NCBI GenBank assembly: GCA_000182565.2
Contig: KQ257450.1
Strand: one strand, 5' to 3'
Origin: Spizellomyces punctatus DAOM BR117
Lineage: Eukaryota
DNA length: 64,000 bases
A program made the position numbers and the translations under genes. The notes under the pieces are model-generated. The model saw nothing but the letters and a program-made list of their open reading frames with translations, ran no database searches and had not been told where the DNA came from. Below, piece after piece: positions 1 to 13,668 of this stretch (positions within the stretch are counted from its first letter, which is position 1; each line of letters begins with the position of its first letter).

Positions 1-716
1 CTACGCACTTGCCACATTCCCGGACCTGGAGATCATGGCAATACCGCCAGAATTCGAGGGGTTGAGCCAGGCAGGATTGACCGGTGTGGAAGCGCTGACC
101 GAGGTGGCCAGACAACGATGTTATCGGTTTGAACCAGGTCAGATGTGTGGGGTAGGAGTGGATGGCAAGGTGCTAGAAAGTATTGGGTTCTTTTTTGCAG
201 CTTTTCGAAAAAAAGAGGCAAACAGCCATTAAGTATTTCTGGAACTGCCACAGATGACTTGAGTTTACTCAACCTTTTTCGGTTGCAAACTTTTTCCTGT
301 GTGAGTTGGACTATGTTAGATTGCAATGTAGAAGGGACGACAGGATCAAGTCTTTACCCATATCAGGACTGCAAAGATCAGGCTTACTTACAGTCAGTCT
401 GCTCCAGTTGACGATCAGTTGATAGGCTATTATTGTATTTCATAAAGCTGGCGAGATATCTATGTGATTTTTGGTTGAACGCAACTATAGAGAATAGCAG
501 GTGCTGTCAACCCTCAAGACATTAAGTCTTCCTGGTCCACATTAGGAAGAACTATCACCACAGTTTAGTACGTCTGGAGGATCAAGCGACATAACTCAGG
601 AATTTAGATGTTAAGACTTGGTTATTTCTCCAAATAAAGTTTGGTTATCATATGACTTACGATGATCCTCCTGTTCTCCATCAATTAAAAAGGCCCTTTT
701 GTGAAAACTTCACGAA

Positions 717-747
<31 letters not shown>

Positions 748-755
748 ACACACAC
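717..755. repeat. Poly-C tract followed by (CA)n microsatellite
   Basis: Run of C followed directly by about 11 CA units. Confidence 0.95.
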
Positions 756-2010
756 TGGATTTCCTGTAGTTAATAAGAATAGGGTATCTCCTGCTAGGAG
801 CAAAGCATATTGTAGTCCCTTATGTTTGTGTCTGGTTGTTCTGGTTGATCTTCGTTCATTGTCACATCTTGGTACATCAATATGTAAGTTTTGCCCGTTC
901 ATGAGGTTTAGTGAGATGCATCTCGGTATCGGTGAAAAGGGAAACATCATGACGATCCACTCCTGGTAGGTCTATACTCTCGCTTTTAGTGAAAAGCCAA
1001 TTTGACATTTACATGGAGATATTTTGGCTGACAGCGATGCATTTACATCCGTGTTCTTCTCTCCTTCTTCTTTTAGGATTCTGTCTGGCTCTCTCTCTCG
1101 ATGCAAATCTCAAACCTCAGTCTTCGAGGACCACAAAAGTGGTCAAGTGCATGTGCAAAGATTCCGAAAGCCTCTTATGCATATGGCAGACATTCAACTG
1201 TTGGTGATAAGCAGTTCACAGGTACGGACCTTAATATCACAAAATTTGGTTGATATACCATTGTTGTCTGGAGCTACCACTGCCTAGAGCTTACCGTCAA
1301 CGAATTGCTGAACTCTGACATAATCTTGAAATACCGATACTATAACGACAGTTGCAACAGATACATCGATATTCCCTGTTGCCCGCAGGGATGGATAATG
1401 CTACCGGGCCCCACGATTTGCAGCGGTACACTGGGGGAATCCTTCTTATATGCTCTGTCAGTTCCCCTTTTTCTGCAGAAACCCTTCATTTACCTTACTG
1501 CTGATAGTGGAGCACATCTTCCTTCAATTCAGCTTCTATTGCCTGGACGGCATTTTCTACAGGCTAGAGTTTCTATGTATTGGCATCTCAAGTGCAGTTT
1601 GATTGATCTGAATACCAGTTCAAAAGCACCGGAATACTTTTCTTTTCGCTGGAAGCAACTGTAATGAACAGTCTTTATTTTCTAACATTTGCCGGATTTG
1701 CGGGTTGCAATGCTATTTGGATAGTTTCTTGCACATTCGTTCTCGTCAAAGTATACCCCTATGACGACTCCTCCACTATTCAAATCAGAAATGAGATACT
1801 TCCCGGAGAAGTTGGTATCATCTGTATTTTTATACCCTGTTGAGGCCGCTAATGTCTACTTTCGTTCCAAGACAAGCATCGACAAACATCGCGACGGGAT
1901 TGATAACGTAAGCAGACGGACCACTTGTCGCTTTCCCTCAACCCGATTTCTATTCTTCCGTAACACTAGTCAATCCCCACATTTTTCCCCGCAAACGCAC
2001 TGATACACCC

Positions 2011-5000
2011 ATGTCACCAGCACGGCCTACACATCCCATAGACAGCACAGCATCCCAGCATAGCATATCCACTGAGAACGATCCCAACCGACGTCTGTCG
2101 TATGCTTCCACCTCCTCCACCAGCTCCATAATGCAACGCAATTCCAGACAAGTATCCGATCTGAATGTCGAAGGAGTCTCAGAGGGTGGGCCAAAATTTG
2201 CCAAAGCTCTATACGACTTTGCTGCGAATGAACGTGACGAGCTCATGTTGGAAGAGGAGGACATCGTCCAGCTTCTGAAAGGGGATGCGAAGGGAGGGTG
2301 GCTATTTGGATTGAAGAATGGTGTCTGGGGGTGGTTTCCTGCGAATTTTGTAAGAATTCTAACTGACGAAGAGGCTATTGCTGAGGGATTGTTGGATACA
2401 GCAGAATCGTCTACGGTTGAGCTATCAGACGCCGACTCAAGCAAAGCACAGTATATCCCACTAAAATCTGCCACCCCGTCATCTGTATCACACAATGAGG
2501 ATGCTGGAGCCAACCTACCACCAGGCACCCGCAATTGGGCGGCTAAATACAAAACCATGCCGCGGTACTCTAAACGTGTCTCTGGAACAGGTTTAGATGA
2601 ACTGGAAGCAGCAATCGGGACTCATATTCGGGAAGCCCTTGCCAGACCAAAAGCGGAGCCTGCCCCTGTTCTCGAAGAGGTTAGTTCGGACAAAAAGGAA
2701 GCTCGTCGAGCAGGGTCTTTTCGAAAGAAGGATATCAAATCTGGAAGCACTGTTGAGCGAAGAGCAACAGTTTCAATTGTGGGTGTTCCGCATGTGACAC
2801 GGCAGCGGTGGGTGGAGACGATGGGCGGAGTGGAAGAGGTTACAAAGATGGGATTGAGCAAAAAGGAAGTGCAAAGACAAGAAGTTATCCATGAGATTCA
2901 AGCGACTGAAAAGGATTATGTGGAAGATTTGGAAATCATCATTAACGTAAGATATAGCGTTGCTTTCTGTGTACGGGGGATAGGATACAGATGACATTTT
3001 TTCCTATTCTCTATGCTGCAGTTGTACATGAACCAAATCAAGAAGAACAAGCTGCTGCCACCTAAGGATATGGCGATTGTTTTTTCGAATGTGGAGCAAT
3101 TGTTACCCGTCAACCAGGTACGGCCAACGATCTGCGTAAGTAATGCAGGGGTAACACTCAACATTGCTCTAGCAATTGATGAAATGGCTAGAAGATCGCA
3201 CATCACAGCACCCTGTGGTGGAGCAGATTGGAGATATATTTATACGTGTGGTATGTTTTCACGCTCTGCTGATGCTTCTGTAGCATGCAAACCTCCAACA
3301 TATTTGTGAAGAGCGACTTCCTGAAAATGTACACAATGTACTGCCGGAATCATCCTTTCGCACTAATGAAACTCCAAGCTGTTCGACAAAACAAATCAGT
3401 TGCCAAGTTTTTGGATGTATGTGATATTGGATACATCATGAATACCATTGCTTGGATCTCACATTTGCTGTCAATAGCAATGTGCCATGATGCCCGAAAG
3501 TCGCAATCTTAACTTGGCAAATTTCCTGTGAGTATGGGACGATACTTTATTCTGGACAGAAGAAAGATTAACAATTCTTTGGCAGCATCAAACCTGTTCA
3601 GCGGATTTGTAAATATCCGCTCCTCATTCGGGTACGAACAAGATAACTTGAGATTCGCTAATAGTAGCACTGAGATGATCCTTTCATGTTTTTGTCGGGA
3701 TTGACACAACAGGAAGTAATGAAGAACACCGAACCGAGTCACCCCGATTTCCAAAATCTTGAGAAGGCTCTTCTAAAGATTGAAACCGTTGTGACAATTG
3801 TCAATGAGGGAGCTAGGCAAGCTGAGGCGGTGCAAAAAATGTTGGAACTTCAAGGCAGGTTCACAACCGTGAGTGCGAGTACTGTCGTCACATCCCAGTT
3901 TGGGCTATTGAATGGGCACATCATGACACCATGCTGGCATAGAAAATGAACATTGTAGCGCCCTGGCGTCAACTTTTGAGATCAGCTTCCATGGACCTCG
4001 TCAAATCCAATAACGAACGAAAGCGTCGTGAGATATTCTTGTTCAATGATATGCTACTTTTAGCCAAATCCCTCGGAGATGACCAAAGGCTCAAGCTAGT
4101 GGATATGGTTCCCTTTGACATGATTCTGATCAATATCCCTTCAGGTGGGAAAGCCTAGCACTTTATTATGTATAGCGTGTGCTGTTAAGAGTGTAACATC
4201 GTACTTTCGCAGTCGGAACGGACCATCTCATGGAAATTGTTCACATCAATACGGCAAGATATACCGTGGCATGCGACACTGCTGACACAAAGCAACTGTG
4301 GATTGACTCCCTCAAAGAAGCGACCAAAACTTGGATGGCCCAAAAGAACCGAGGAAGTCCTGGTGTTGCCAATCTCCCACCTCAAACAAACTCAGGCGAT
4401 ACAATGGGAGGTTCCGGAACGTCGCTCTCTCATGAAGCATTGCCTCAAATGGACGCAATTGCCGAGGCATCGGCAAAGCTGGTTCAACCAACGGTCGATG
4501 AATCTAGTTTGGCTGATGCAGCATTAGTTGAAGATGAGGTCGTCGTAAAAGACGATGTATCTGATGAGCAAGCAGCGCCTCCTGCACAAGCACTGAAATC
4601 GTTTCAGAATCAAAGTAGAGTGACCATAAGCGCTTTACGTACCGTAACCAGCGGTTTGCGGCACGTAGAGTCCAAGGTCAAAAGCAATGAGAATATTGCA
4701 GAGAACGATGGCTCTAGCTTGACAGGAAGGGTTGCGTCAAATGAGCAGTTGGATAGCACAAAGAAGAAAAGCACCTCCAAAGAGACGCTTATGGTTCTCC
4801 CACCTCTGCCCAAAAAGGTTTCGCCAGGTGCCCCAGAAAGCGCTGTAAAGTCGGAACCAGTCGCATCAAGCCGAACTTCTACTGGGATAAATCATGCGCC
4901 GCGCAATGTTTCCGTCCGTTTTGCATCGAATCCCTTTATAGTGCAAGATCAAACAGCGGATCAGGTCCCTCGCCAGCGATCAGCAACCGCGGAACCTCCA

Positions 5001-5971
5001 GGGGCGGGGACTGTTTCTAGTGCAAATGTGGCCAAAACCAACGACCAAAGCGATGCTGGCAAAGCCGATGCACCCGGGCGACGAGCTAGCCACTTGGGCG
5101 TTTCACTTGCGGGTCGCGATGCTCATCCCACCCAGCCGCCACCAAAACTCCCACAGACTCTCTCTGGTGCTCCACATCCCTCCGCCAACATAGAAGCAGG
5201 TCCTGAAAAGAAAACATCACAATCCGTGGCCTCAGATCGAAAAACTTCAATCACAGAGGAGAAAGCAACATCAGGACCTCAGTCTAAATCGGCCAGCAGC
5301 AGCAGTATATCCTCCCTTCAGGAAGAGGTTGGCACTATCAAAACTGTCCAGCGCCAAGCGCAGCCACTTAACCGCGCAAAATCCGGCACCATTTTCAACA
5401 AACCCGTTCGGAAGGCAACAATAGTCGACGTAATCCGACAGCAGACTTCCGCAGCCAGCCGATCCGCAACCGGGAAGGATTACGTGTATCTCATCGACGT
5501 CTTCCACGTTGGAGTATCCGACGATCAGCACATGACCATTCGGCATACATATGACGATTTCTTTGATTTCCACATGCAACTCATTGGCCATTTCCCTGAA
5601 GAAGCGGGAGTAAGGGTTGGGCTGATGCAAAAGGATTCAACCGGTGAATTAGAATCCATGCCCGGAGCTTGGTCGGAAGGTCCCAGAAGAATCATACCCG
5701 AGCTGCCAGGACAAATGATGTTCGTGAGTGAGGCAGCTGCGAAAGGAAGAATGGCTCAACTGCAGGATTATATCCAGGTATGTTGTCTTTAAAGAGCTTG
5801 CGATATTCGTCTTCAGCCCATAGTGACAACCACGCTGCACGACGATAGTGTATCCTTGCCCTTCCTTCGAAGATCTCGAGATCACCTGTTACGATGAACT
5901 TTTTCCGTAACGATGGCAAGCACGTTATTGCACTAATCTCGTCAACTGACGCGAATGAAACTTCACGGTAG
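2011..5971 (+). CDS. Multi-exon SH3 + RhoGEF(DH) + PH + PX domain protein (Rho/Cdc42 GEF)
   Basis: SH3 motif AKALYDFAANERDEL...GWFPANFV; DH motif RQEVIHEIQATEKDYVEDL and KPVQRICKYPLL; PH motif REIFLFNDMLLLAK...WIDSL; PX-like IRHTYDDFFDFHMQL...IPELP; GT..AG introns between the ORF pieces; last exon ends TAG at 5969-5971. Confidence 0.9.
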
Positions 5972-6170
5972 CATGTATAAAACAAGCAGAGGGGAGAACT
6001 AGTGATTGTAGGTTTAGGAAACAATAGTCAATGGTTATTGTGGTGGTTTTTGCGGTACATGTTCAGGGGGTGTACGAGGTTGATCGCAGTGAGGATGACC
6101 GTTGCAATACCCAACCGATATATATTTATATGTCAACACGAAAACAACCAAACGGCATCTAATGATCTAC

Positions 6171-7419
6171 TTATATAACACAGTATTCTTCCTCATGGCC
6201 TATTTGTGTGTCGGAAACAACATCGTCCCATAACAGCTCAAATTCTGGTGTTGATGGGAATGAACGTGACATACCAGGGAGAATGGCCACCCGTGTATGA
6301 ACGCTGGTAAAAGGATCCGTACTTTCCCTGGATGGCGTTGGTGTAAATGGCGGCGCTTCGAAGAGTGTCGTCGAAACATCGGGATAGGTTATCGGTACAG
6401 CTGCGACAAAGTTTGGGTCGGCTGCAGTCGTAGGAGATTCAGGTACAGCTGATTCCTCGTCCGCTATGGATAGAATATCATGCTCAGAACGATCTTCCTG
6501 TGTGCCGTCAGAATGCCCATCCTTCTCCGATACATGCTCCATGACACTTGCATAGTCATATACCGGATCAAAAACTTCATCCAGCAAAACCCGAAGAACT
6601 CTCCACTTTGCGCCTTCGACACTTCTTCTAATGCATTCAACCTCCCCTTTCAAGTCAACTCCGTATTTGAGCAACAGCCGCAGTACATCGTCGTGACCGG
6701 CGGCACATGCTTCGAGAGCTGCTGAAGTAAGAATCGACTGTGGTGCTGGTGGAAGATTAGCGAGGAGAACAGTGAGGAGGGACATGTTGTGCATGCGAGA
6801 CGCCCAGGCCAATGGATTGAAGGGCGCGGAAGCTAGGCGGGCTCCGCTGGCTAATAGATAGGAGGTTATCGATGGGTTTTCAGCTGAAAAGTACTGTAAA
6901 ATCAGTATAAACAACCTCCCAGGCAAGCCGTCCAAAATTTTACTTACCGACAACAGCAACAAAAACAGCACAATTGTCCGCGGCCTGAACATCCGCTCCG
7001 GCTTCCACCAGTGCCTTCACTACACTCTCGTGTCCGTGAGCGCATGCGGCAGTAAGAGGCGTCAACCGCAAGTTCTTTAAACAAGCTGCAGGGAGTCCGA
7101 GGGCATCCCAATGCCCAGCCCATGGGCGAGTTGCGTTGATTGGGGCTTTCTTTTCGAGTAAAAACCTAAAAAGTAAGATATTAGCATTAGTCCGTGACTC
7201 CTCTCCAATCTACTGAACCACATCTCACCTAACGGCTTTTACATCCCCGTCCCCACACGCATCTATTAGCAAATCTTCAAGACTCCCTTCTCGGCCAGGT
7301 AAAGGTATAGGAGATCCGCCCGTGCTCGCCAGAGGCCGCTTTTCTGTATGCTCCTCTACTGCGATCTTGTATCCGTTTTTTCCCTGACCTGGTTCCTCAT
7401 GCAGCGCAATGGACGTCAT
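6171..7419 (-). CDS. Ankyrin-repeat protein (multi-exon)
   Basis: LLIDACGDGDVKAVR, PLAWASRMHNMSLLTVLL, ALEACAAGHDDVLRLLLKYGVD ankyrin-like repeats; start codon approximate. Confidence 0.7.
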
Positions 7420-7898
7420 CGAAGAAGACCGAGGTGTTATGAGAGGCCTACGCTTATCAGAGTCCGTGATGGACTTGCACGGTCGATGAGACCAGGAAAA
7501 GAAGTTGTATGATGACAAGGCCAGCATGGTTTCTCTCTAAAAAGGACAATGTCCTGCCAAATATAAACCTTTCGACGAGGTCCCAGTGCCATTTTATGGC
7601 CCTTGGAAACGGGCAAAGTCCGCATGACGTCCCTGCTTACGTCACGGCGCGAGGCCCCAAGAGATACGGGGTGGACAGAGCATCTGTGGAGATTTGGTAC
7701 CAACGGAGCAGGAAAAGGTCCTTCAGGCGCTTTTCAGGGTATGTTTTTTAGAAGGATACGGTATAGCTAATTCCTACTTTCGCATATTTCAATACATGTT
7801 ATGTCGAGATATTCAAGCTACTGCTACTGCCACATTTTTGCATTTTAATGAGATTTTGAAGCATTTGCTGCAACTTAACATCGCATGAACAGTTGACT

Positions 7899-9221
7899 TT
7901 AGTAGACCTGTTGCACCAAGATCGCATACGGCCGGATATCTTTGGGTTTGACGGTAACGGCGTTATAATTAAGCTGGCAGCAGCTCGGATGGACCCTGTT
8001 TTGGAGGACGACTCGCCAAGTGCGACCTCCGCTAACAAAAAACCCCTTTTGAGAATAACTGTGCGTCACGGCGATGTCCATCGTGGACCACACCCATCCG
8101 TCATGGCTGGCGCGGTAGCCTTTTTGAACGATGCTCGCAATGTTGGTGTATGATGTCCCATGGTAAGTCACGATCCTAGAGAGAGAATACCAATCAGATA
8201 TGGGATATTTCAAAGATGGGGGTGCTGTTGTTGTTTACCATTCCCCTTCGCTGGACTCATTCCTTGGACCGGGGGCTCCAAGCCACATGTCATCTTCATA
8301 TTTGCCCTTCACTTTTAATCCAAATCGTAGCCAACCAGTGGGCCGAACATAGCAATGTCCACCCCGCAAGCCCACAATTTGGTTATCTCCACACTTAGAG
8401 TAATCACGATCCCAGCCCGGCTCCAGGTACTTAGCTGGCGGGAAGAAACTCAAAAACTGTGCAGAATCAGGTAGGAGAGTGAGCCGCGCCTCATGGTATA
8501 AGCTATATGTGGAGAGGGTGTGGTGATCTTCAAGTTCTGTACGTTCGAAGGCGATGCGTGGCCAGGTGTTAGACTTGGTGGTATTTTTAAGCACTTCTTT
8601 GAGCCTCCGGACTTTGGCATCTCTCCTCACTAAGTGTCTTCTTCGTTATTCAGCAGTTAGGGGATAGAATAAAGACAGCATACACACCTTTGACGAGGAT
8701 TGGCTTCGATTTCGGATCGGATTGAAAGTGGATATGAACCATCTCAATCATAACCTCAGCTCTTGATTTGGTTGACTTAATAGACTTGACAGAACTGGTA
8801 GATTTAGTGGACTTGATTGAGCTGGTAGATTTAATGGACTTGATTGAACTGGTAGAGGCTTTCTCGGTGTGAGAGGGGCCCAACATTCAAAATGGCAACC
8901 AATTAGCAGTGCAACACATATTAGAAAGTGCAGTAGGTTCGGGGAAGCACTACTCACCGTCCTCCACAGTTATAACAACAATAGTATCAATGTCCGTTGC
9001 CTCTTGGTCTATGACAGTCGCAGAAATTGAGAAGCCACAAAAATGGGCACACAAGTTGAATAAGCGCACGTACCAGCTTCCGCACCAGTTTCTCTACCGG
9101 CTTCCGTACCGTCTTCTGCCAACTGGTGAGGCCCTGAATCGGACTTCTCAACAGTTTTACAAAAAGGGCGGAAGATAGGAAGCAGGCACTCTCGCAGGAG
9201 CCTATGGCATAGCTTGAACAT
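7899..9221 (-). CDS. Ubiquitin-like domain fused to a PARP/NEURL4-like ADP-ribosyltransferase-fold domain (multi-exon)
   Basis: Ubl signature IAFERTELEDHHTLSTYSLYHEARLTL; YVRPTGWLRFGLKV; spliced W-IVTYHGT (intron GTAAAC..CTAG about 8177-8239); DIRPYAILV; 5' exons inferred from GT/AG boundaries. Confidence 0.65.
8768..8858 (-). repeat. 27-bp coding tandem repeat (STSSIKSIK-like, about 3 copies)
   Basis: Translation STSSIKSIK STSSIKSTK STSSVKSIK STKS. Confidence 0.85.
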
Positions 9222-9885
9222 TTTGCAAAGAAGGTAGTCTTCACTGTAGTATTTTGTACCTGCTGAAATCACCGGCGATATAAAGCAACAGTAAATGTTA
9301 TGAACATCTGATGGAAGCTTTAACATGATAGAATGATGATTTGTCGTTTCTTCATGCCAACTCATCCTATCAAGCCACCGTCTTGACCGGGACCCCCTTT
9401 TACAACGAAGATTGATATGTATGTCTGTTGGATAGCGGGGGTTGAGATTCCTTAGCGCGGCTTTTGCACCTTGTTGTCATATAGCATCACCTTTTGAAGG
9501 CAGAACGTGGCCTGAATTGCTTTATTATAAACAAAAGGTCAGCCGGATCAGGAATCCTAACCCCCAGTATTTGACCATCACGACCATAAACGAAATGGAA
9601 CTTTGAATTACCACGGAGAAAGCTTACACTTTTTTGCAGAAACAATTCGAGAACGTAATACTATAAACATGAAGATAATAAAATACGTACATAAAAAAAG
9701 TTTGCCAATGATTTGCAGAATAATCCCACGTTTCAGCCCCCAAAAAGATCTAACCGACGTCGTCTACCCTCTCAAGTGCATCGGATTTCCCCATCACACA
9801 ATTTCTTCCTGAGCATCCGCCAATACATAAAAGATTAAGCCGTTGGTCCAATTCGCAGGGTGATGTATCCCACACTTTCCGATCT

Positions 9886-12800
9886 TTATGCAGTTGCATC
9901 TGTTGGGAAACCACGGTATGGCGCCAAGTCCTCTGTAGATTCCTTCGTCTCGTCAACAGCGTCGAATCTATTATTCTGCTGCAACTCCAAAACATTCCCT
10001 CCAAAGGCCTCTAAAGCCCAAGCCAGCGTTTCAATCTTGAACGGTTTCCCAATGTGCCCATCCATCCCTGCAGCAAGGCATTGATCGCGATCTGACGCCA
10101 TGGCATTGGCTGTCAGGGCGATGATAGCCGGACCGCCATCCGCAATACCTCCGCGTTCCTTTCTAATTACTCTCGTAGCTTCTATACCGCTCATTCTAGG
10201 CATTTGTACATCCATCAGAATGACGTGGTAAGGTGTTCGGCGCGACATTTCTACCGCTTCGACCCCGTTGTTGGCAATATCGATGGCAGAGTTATATCCC
10301 AGTTGCGCAAGTAAGCGTATTGATACTTTTTGATTGATCTTTGTGGTTGTTGCGTTACAGAGATGTGCATTCAAGTACGTCAGCTGTCTGCACGCATTGA
10401 ACTCTCCCAAATATGACACCTACCAGGTTATCCTCAGCCAGCAGTATCTTAACTGGCACTTTGTCTGCGATTCGTTTCCATTCCTCCTTCCGCCGTCCGT
10501 CTTTCTCATGATCCCATGCGCCAAGTTCCGCTTCGAGCTCGCCTTCATAAACCGGAAATCGTATTCGAAACGAAAAAACACTACCCGCATCCTCGACACT
10601 CTCCACTCGTATTCCCTCCCCACCCGGGTCCATCAACTGCACTAACTGTTTTGATATTGCCAAGCCCAATCCAGTTCCACCATATTGTCGACTGGTTGAG
10701 GCGTCAACCTGAGAGAATGGTTGAAAGAGACGGCAGAGACGGGTTGCAGGGATGCCGATGCCAGTGTCGCGGACTTCAAAGTGTACCAAAGCGGTGAGCG
10801 ACGTTGGCGAGGATGTGGGAGTGCGAGTAAGAAAGTGGGTTGGTCGGCGAGGTTTCTCCGGTTTTTCCCGTCTCTCGTCTATCTCTGGTATCTCTGGTTT
10901 CTCTGCATTTGTGTTGGTGTTCGGACTGCTTTTGTCCGTGAATGTGAAGCGTCGTTGTTCAAAATGTCGGCCAGAATCATCCACAGTCCACGCTCTTATT
11001 GATACTCCCCCCGACTTTGTAAATTTAACGGCATTTCCAACAAGGTTGATAAGAACCTGTCGAAGACGATTCCCATCACCAATAACGATGGAAGGTACGG
11101 CAGAGTCAACCACAGTTGTTAAACCTATTTGCTTTTCCTTCGCTTTTAAATTTAGTACGGAGACAGCGTTGGTGATACAGGTGCGTAGGTCGAACGGTCG
11201 ATTTTCCAAACTCATTTTTCCTGCATCAATCTTTGAAAAGTCCAGCTGAAATTGATCAACGGGATTCATTGTCACTTTGAGTAGAGTAAGGTCACGTTGG
11301 AAAGAATTCATACTGACCACATCATTTACAATAAGTAACAATCCATCAGAGCATTCTCGTATCGATTTCAGCAAATCCCGCTGCTCAGCGTTAAGTTGAG
11401 TATCCCACAACACTTCACCTAGCCCGACAATACCATTCAACGGTGTCCTAATGCCCCGCGTAGTATGAGCACTGTAGTCCACCTACAAACTCTCACTAAT
11501 GCATTCTCACCTAAATTCGTGTGAAATATTTGCGAGGAACTTTTCGCATGGTCAACATTAGCCACAAGTGCGATCGTATAACAAAAACATAACTCTTGCA
11601 TGTCACGTAATACTCACTTCCGCCTTCAATTGTACAGCCAAATCCAACTCTCGGTTCTTTTCATCCAGTTGCCGATTTTTCTCGTCCAGCAACTGATTCT
11701 TTTCATCCAGCTGCTTCGTCTTCTGCTCTAGCGCGAATTCAACTGCTTTCCTGTCGCTCACATCTATATGTGCGCCAACCTGTCATACAATACAGAGTTT
11801 TATATAGATGGAACTCGGACGATCAAAGTTGTCTGCTTACCAACTTGGTGGGCTTTCCATCAGCATCACGAGCAAGAATCTTCCCCCTACACTAAGGATA
11901 TGAGGATATGCTCCTTTACTAGCGTTGTACATTTGTGGTTACTGACCGGTTTAATAGCCATATGTAACTGCCACTCTTGGTCAAAAGTCGGCGCTCCATT
12001 TGAAAATTATCGAGCTGATGTTTGCCGCTCAGTATGTCCATCGTGACATTATTCATTCTTGATCGATCTATAGAGCAGTTCCAAAATTAATGTTTTGCCC
12101 CTCAAATACGAGGGAGGGACAAATAGACACACCAGCAGGATGCACAGCGTTCTGATACCCTTCTACGGTGCCGTATATTGCGCGGTACTCATCTTCATCG
12201 TAGCCAAGATACCTTTTGCAGGACCACAAATGTCCAGTAAGCCACGATTCCAAAACAGGACGGTAATCATTCCACCACCCCCACCACCAAGTGTGCAAAA
12301 AACACTGTACCTGGCAAGACGGTGGCTAAATCTGAAGTCATCATTTGGAATATCCCACTCCCAGACGCCTAGAGAGAGTCGCACATTAGTCTTGCAATGT
12401 GACTACCAAAAATGGCAGGAAAATGCACCATCTGTTGCAGCATCCATAATTGTCTCTAATCTCTTCTCGCTCTCTCGTAATGCTTCCATCGCCCTACGTT
12501 CTTCAGAGCAATCACGTAGCATCAACAAGTATGAGGAGCATCCATTCGTTGTTGAAGGACCCAAATAGACGGCGCGCACAACAAGTGTTGTGGTTCCTTC
12601 TGGCTTTCCATCTTGATTCCCCATATACAAATTCGGATACTCTTGTTCCCACTCCACCACCCTTCCTGTTCTCCGGGCTTCCTCGCAATGGCGCCCACAG
12701 TAATCTACGGCTTCGGTAGGACGACCCAAATCACTCCTAGCCCATTTTCCTAGAATGCGCGATGCCTCTACACCATAAATCTTCACCGCACCGCGATTAA

Positions 12801-13668
12801 GTTTCACGGCGCGATAATCATAATGCCAGGAACGAGTGCGGTCTTGAAATCCACTTGATTTACGTTCAGCATCTATCTCATCGTCGGACATTCGTCGCTT
12901 CATAACATCGATGATAGCCACTAATGCAACATGATGTTATTTTGATGAGATTCAGAGAAAAACACAGCCAAACCTTACTGTAGGAAGGATTATCCTCGAA
13001 CGCTGTCCGATATGTCGAGAGCTCGGCTTCAATCTCACCCACGTGGCTTGTAAGAAGGGCAACCTTTCCTTCCTCAGTATACCGCCGCCCAGTTTCAAGT
13101 GCAATCGACAAAAGCAGAGTTGTAAATGCCAGGCCTAACGCATCTTCAGCAAGTAGGTTGAATTGATGGAACAGGACACCAACAGCAATGATAGGGACCA
13201 GCGACGGCAAACCAAGCAAAAACGCCGATAGGCGTGCAGACGAAGGGGATATGTATTCGAAGAGAAGGATGTGAAACATGCCTTTTTTCAAGGGCTGCTG
13301 ATCAGAGGAGAAACGGCCGAATAAAATACAAAATAAGAAGGTAACACCCTAACGACAAAGTCACAAGCATCATGTCACTCAGCAGCGCAGGACTTACTTC
13401 AGTCGTTGAAAGAGAGGAGCGGGCGATATCGTCGTTGGAGTCCGCGGGACTTGGTAAATGGCTGCTTTCCCGAGGTACCTCCTCTACGTTCTCCCACATT
13501 CTGTGTACGACTCCCGTATACTTGCGTTAGTATGCCGACATGACTTGCTATGCCTTGCCGCATGGATTTTCCGACCCTTGGCCAGAACCTCCAAAACGTT
13601 CCTGTACCCTCGTCCACCCATCACTACGCAATGATTTCCACGCCTGAGTCACCCGTGTGTTTTTCATG
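9886..13668 (-). CDS. Hybrid sensor histidine kinase (TM - PAS - HisKA - HATPase - receiver), multi-exon
   Basis: FLANISHE/IRTPLNG H-box, NLVGNAVKFT N-box, DTGIGI and GGTGLGL G-boxes, receiver ILMDVQMPRMSG...IIALTANA...KP; PAS-like GVWEWDI and VHP motifs; hydrophobic N-terminal exons; start uncertain. Confidence 0.92.

Noticed and set aside
1-1700. Short ORFs and a possible gene 3' end (1-232) or decayed gene
   Set aside because: No recognisable motif or consistent exon chain
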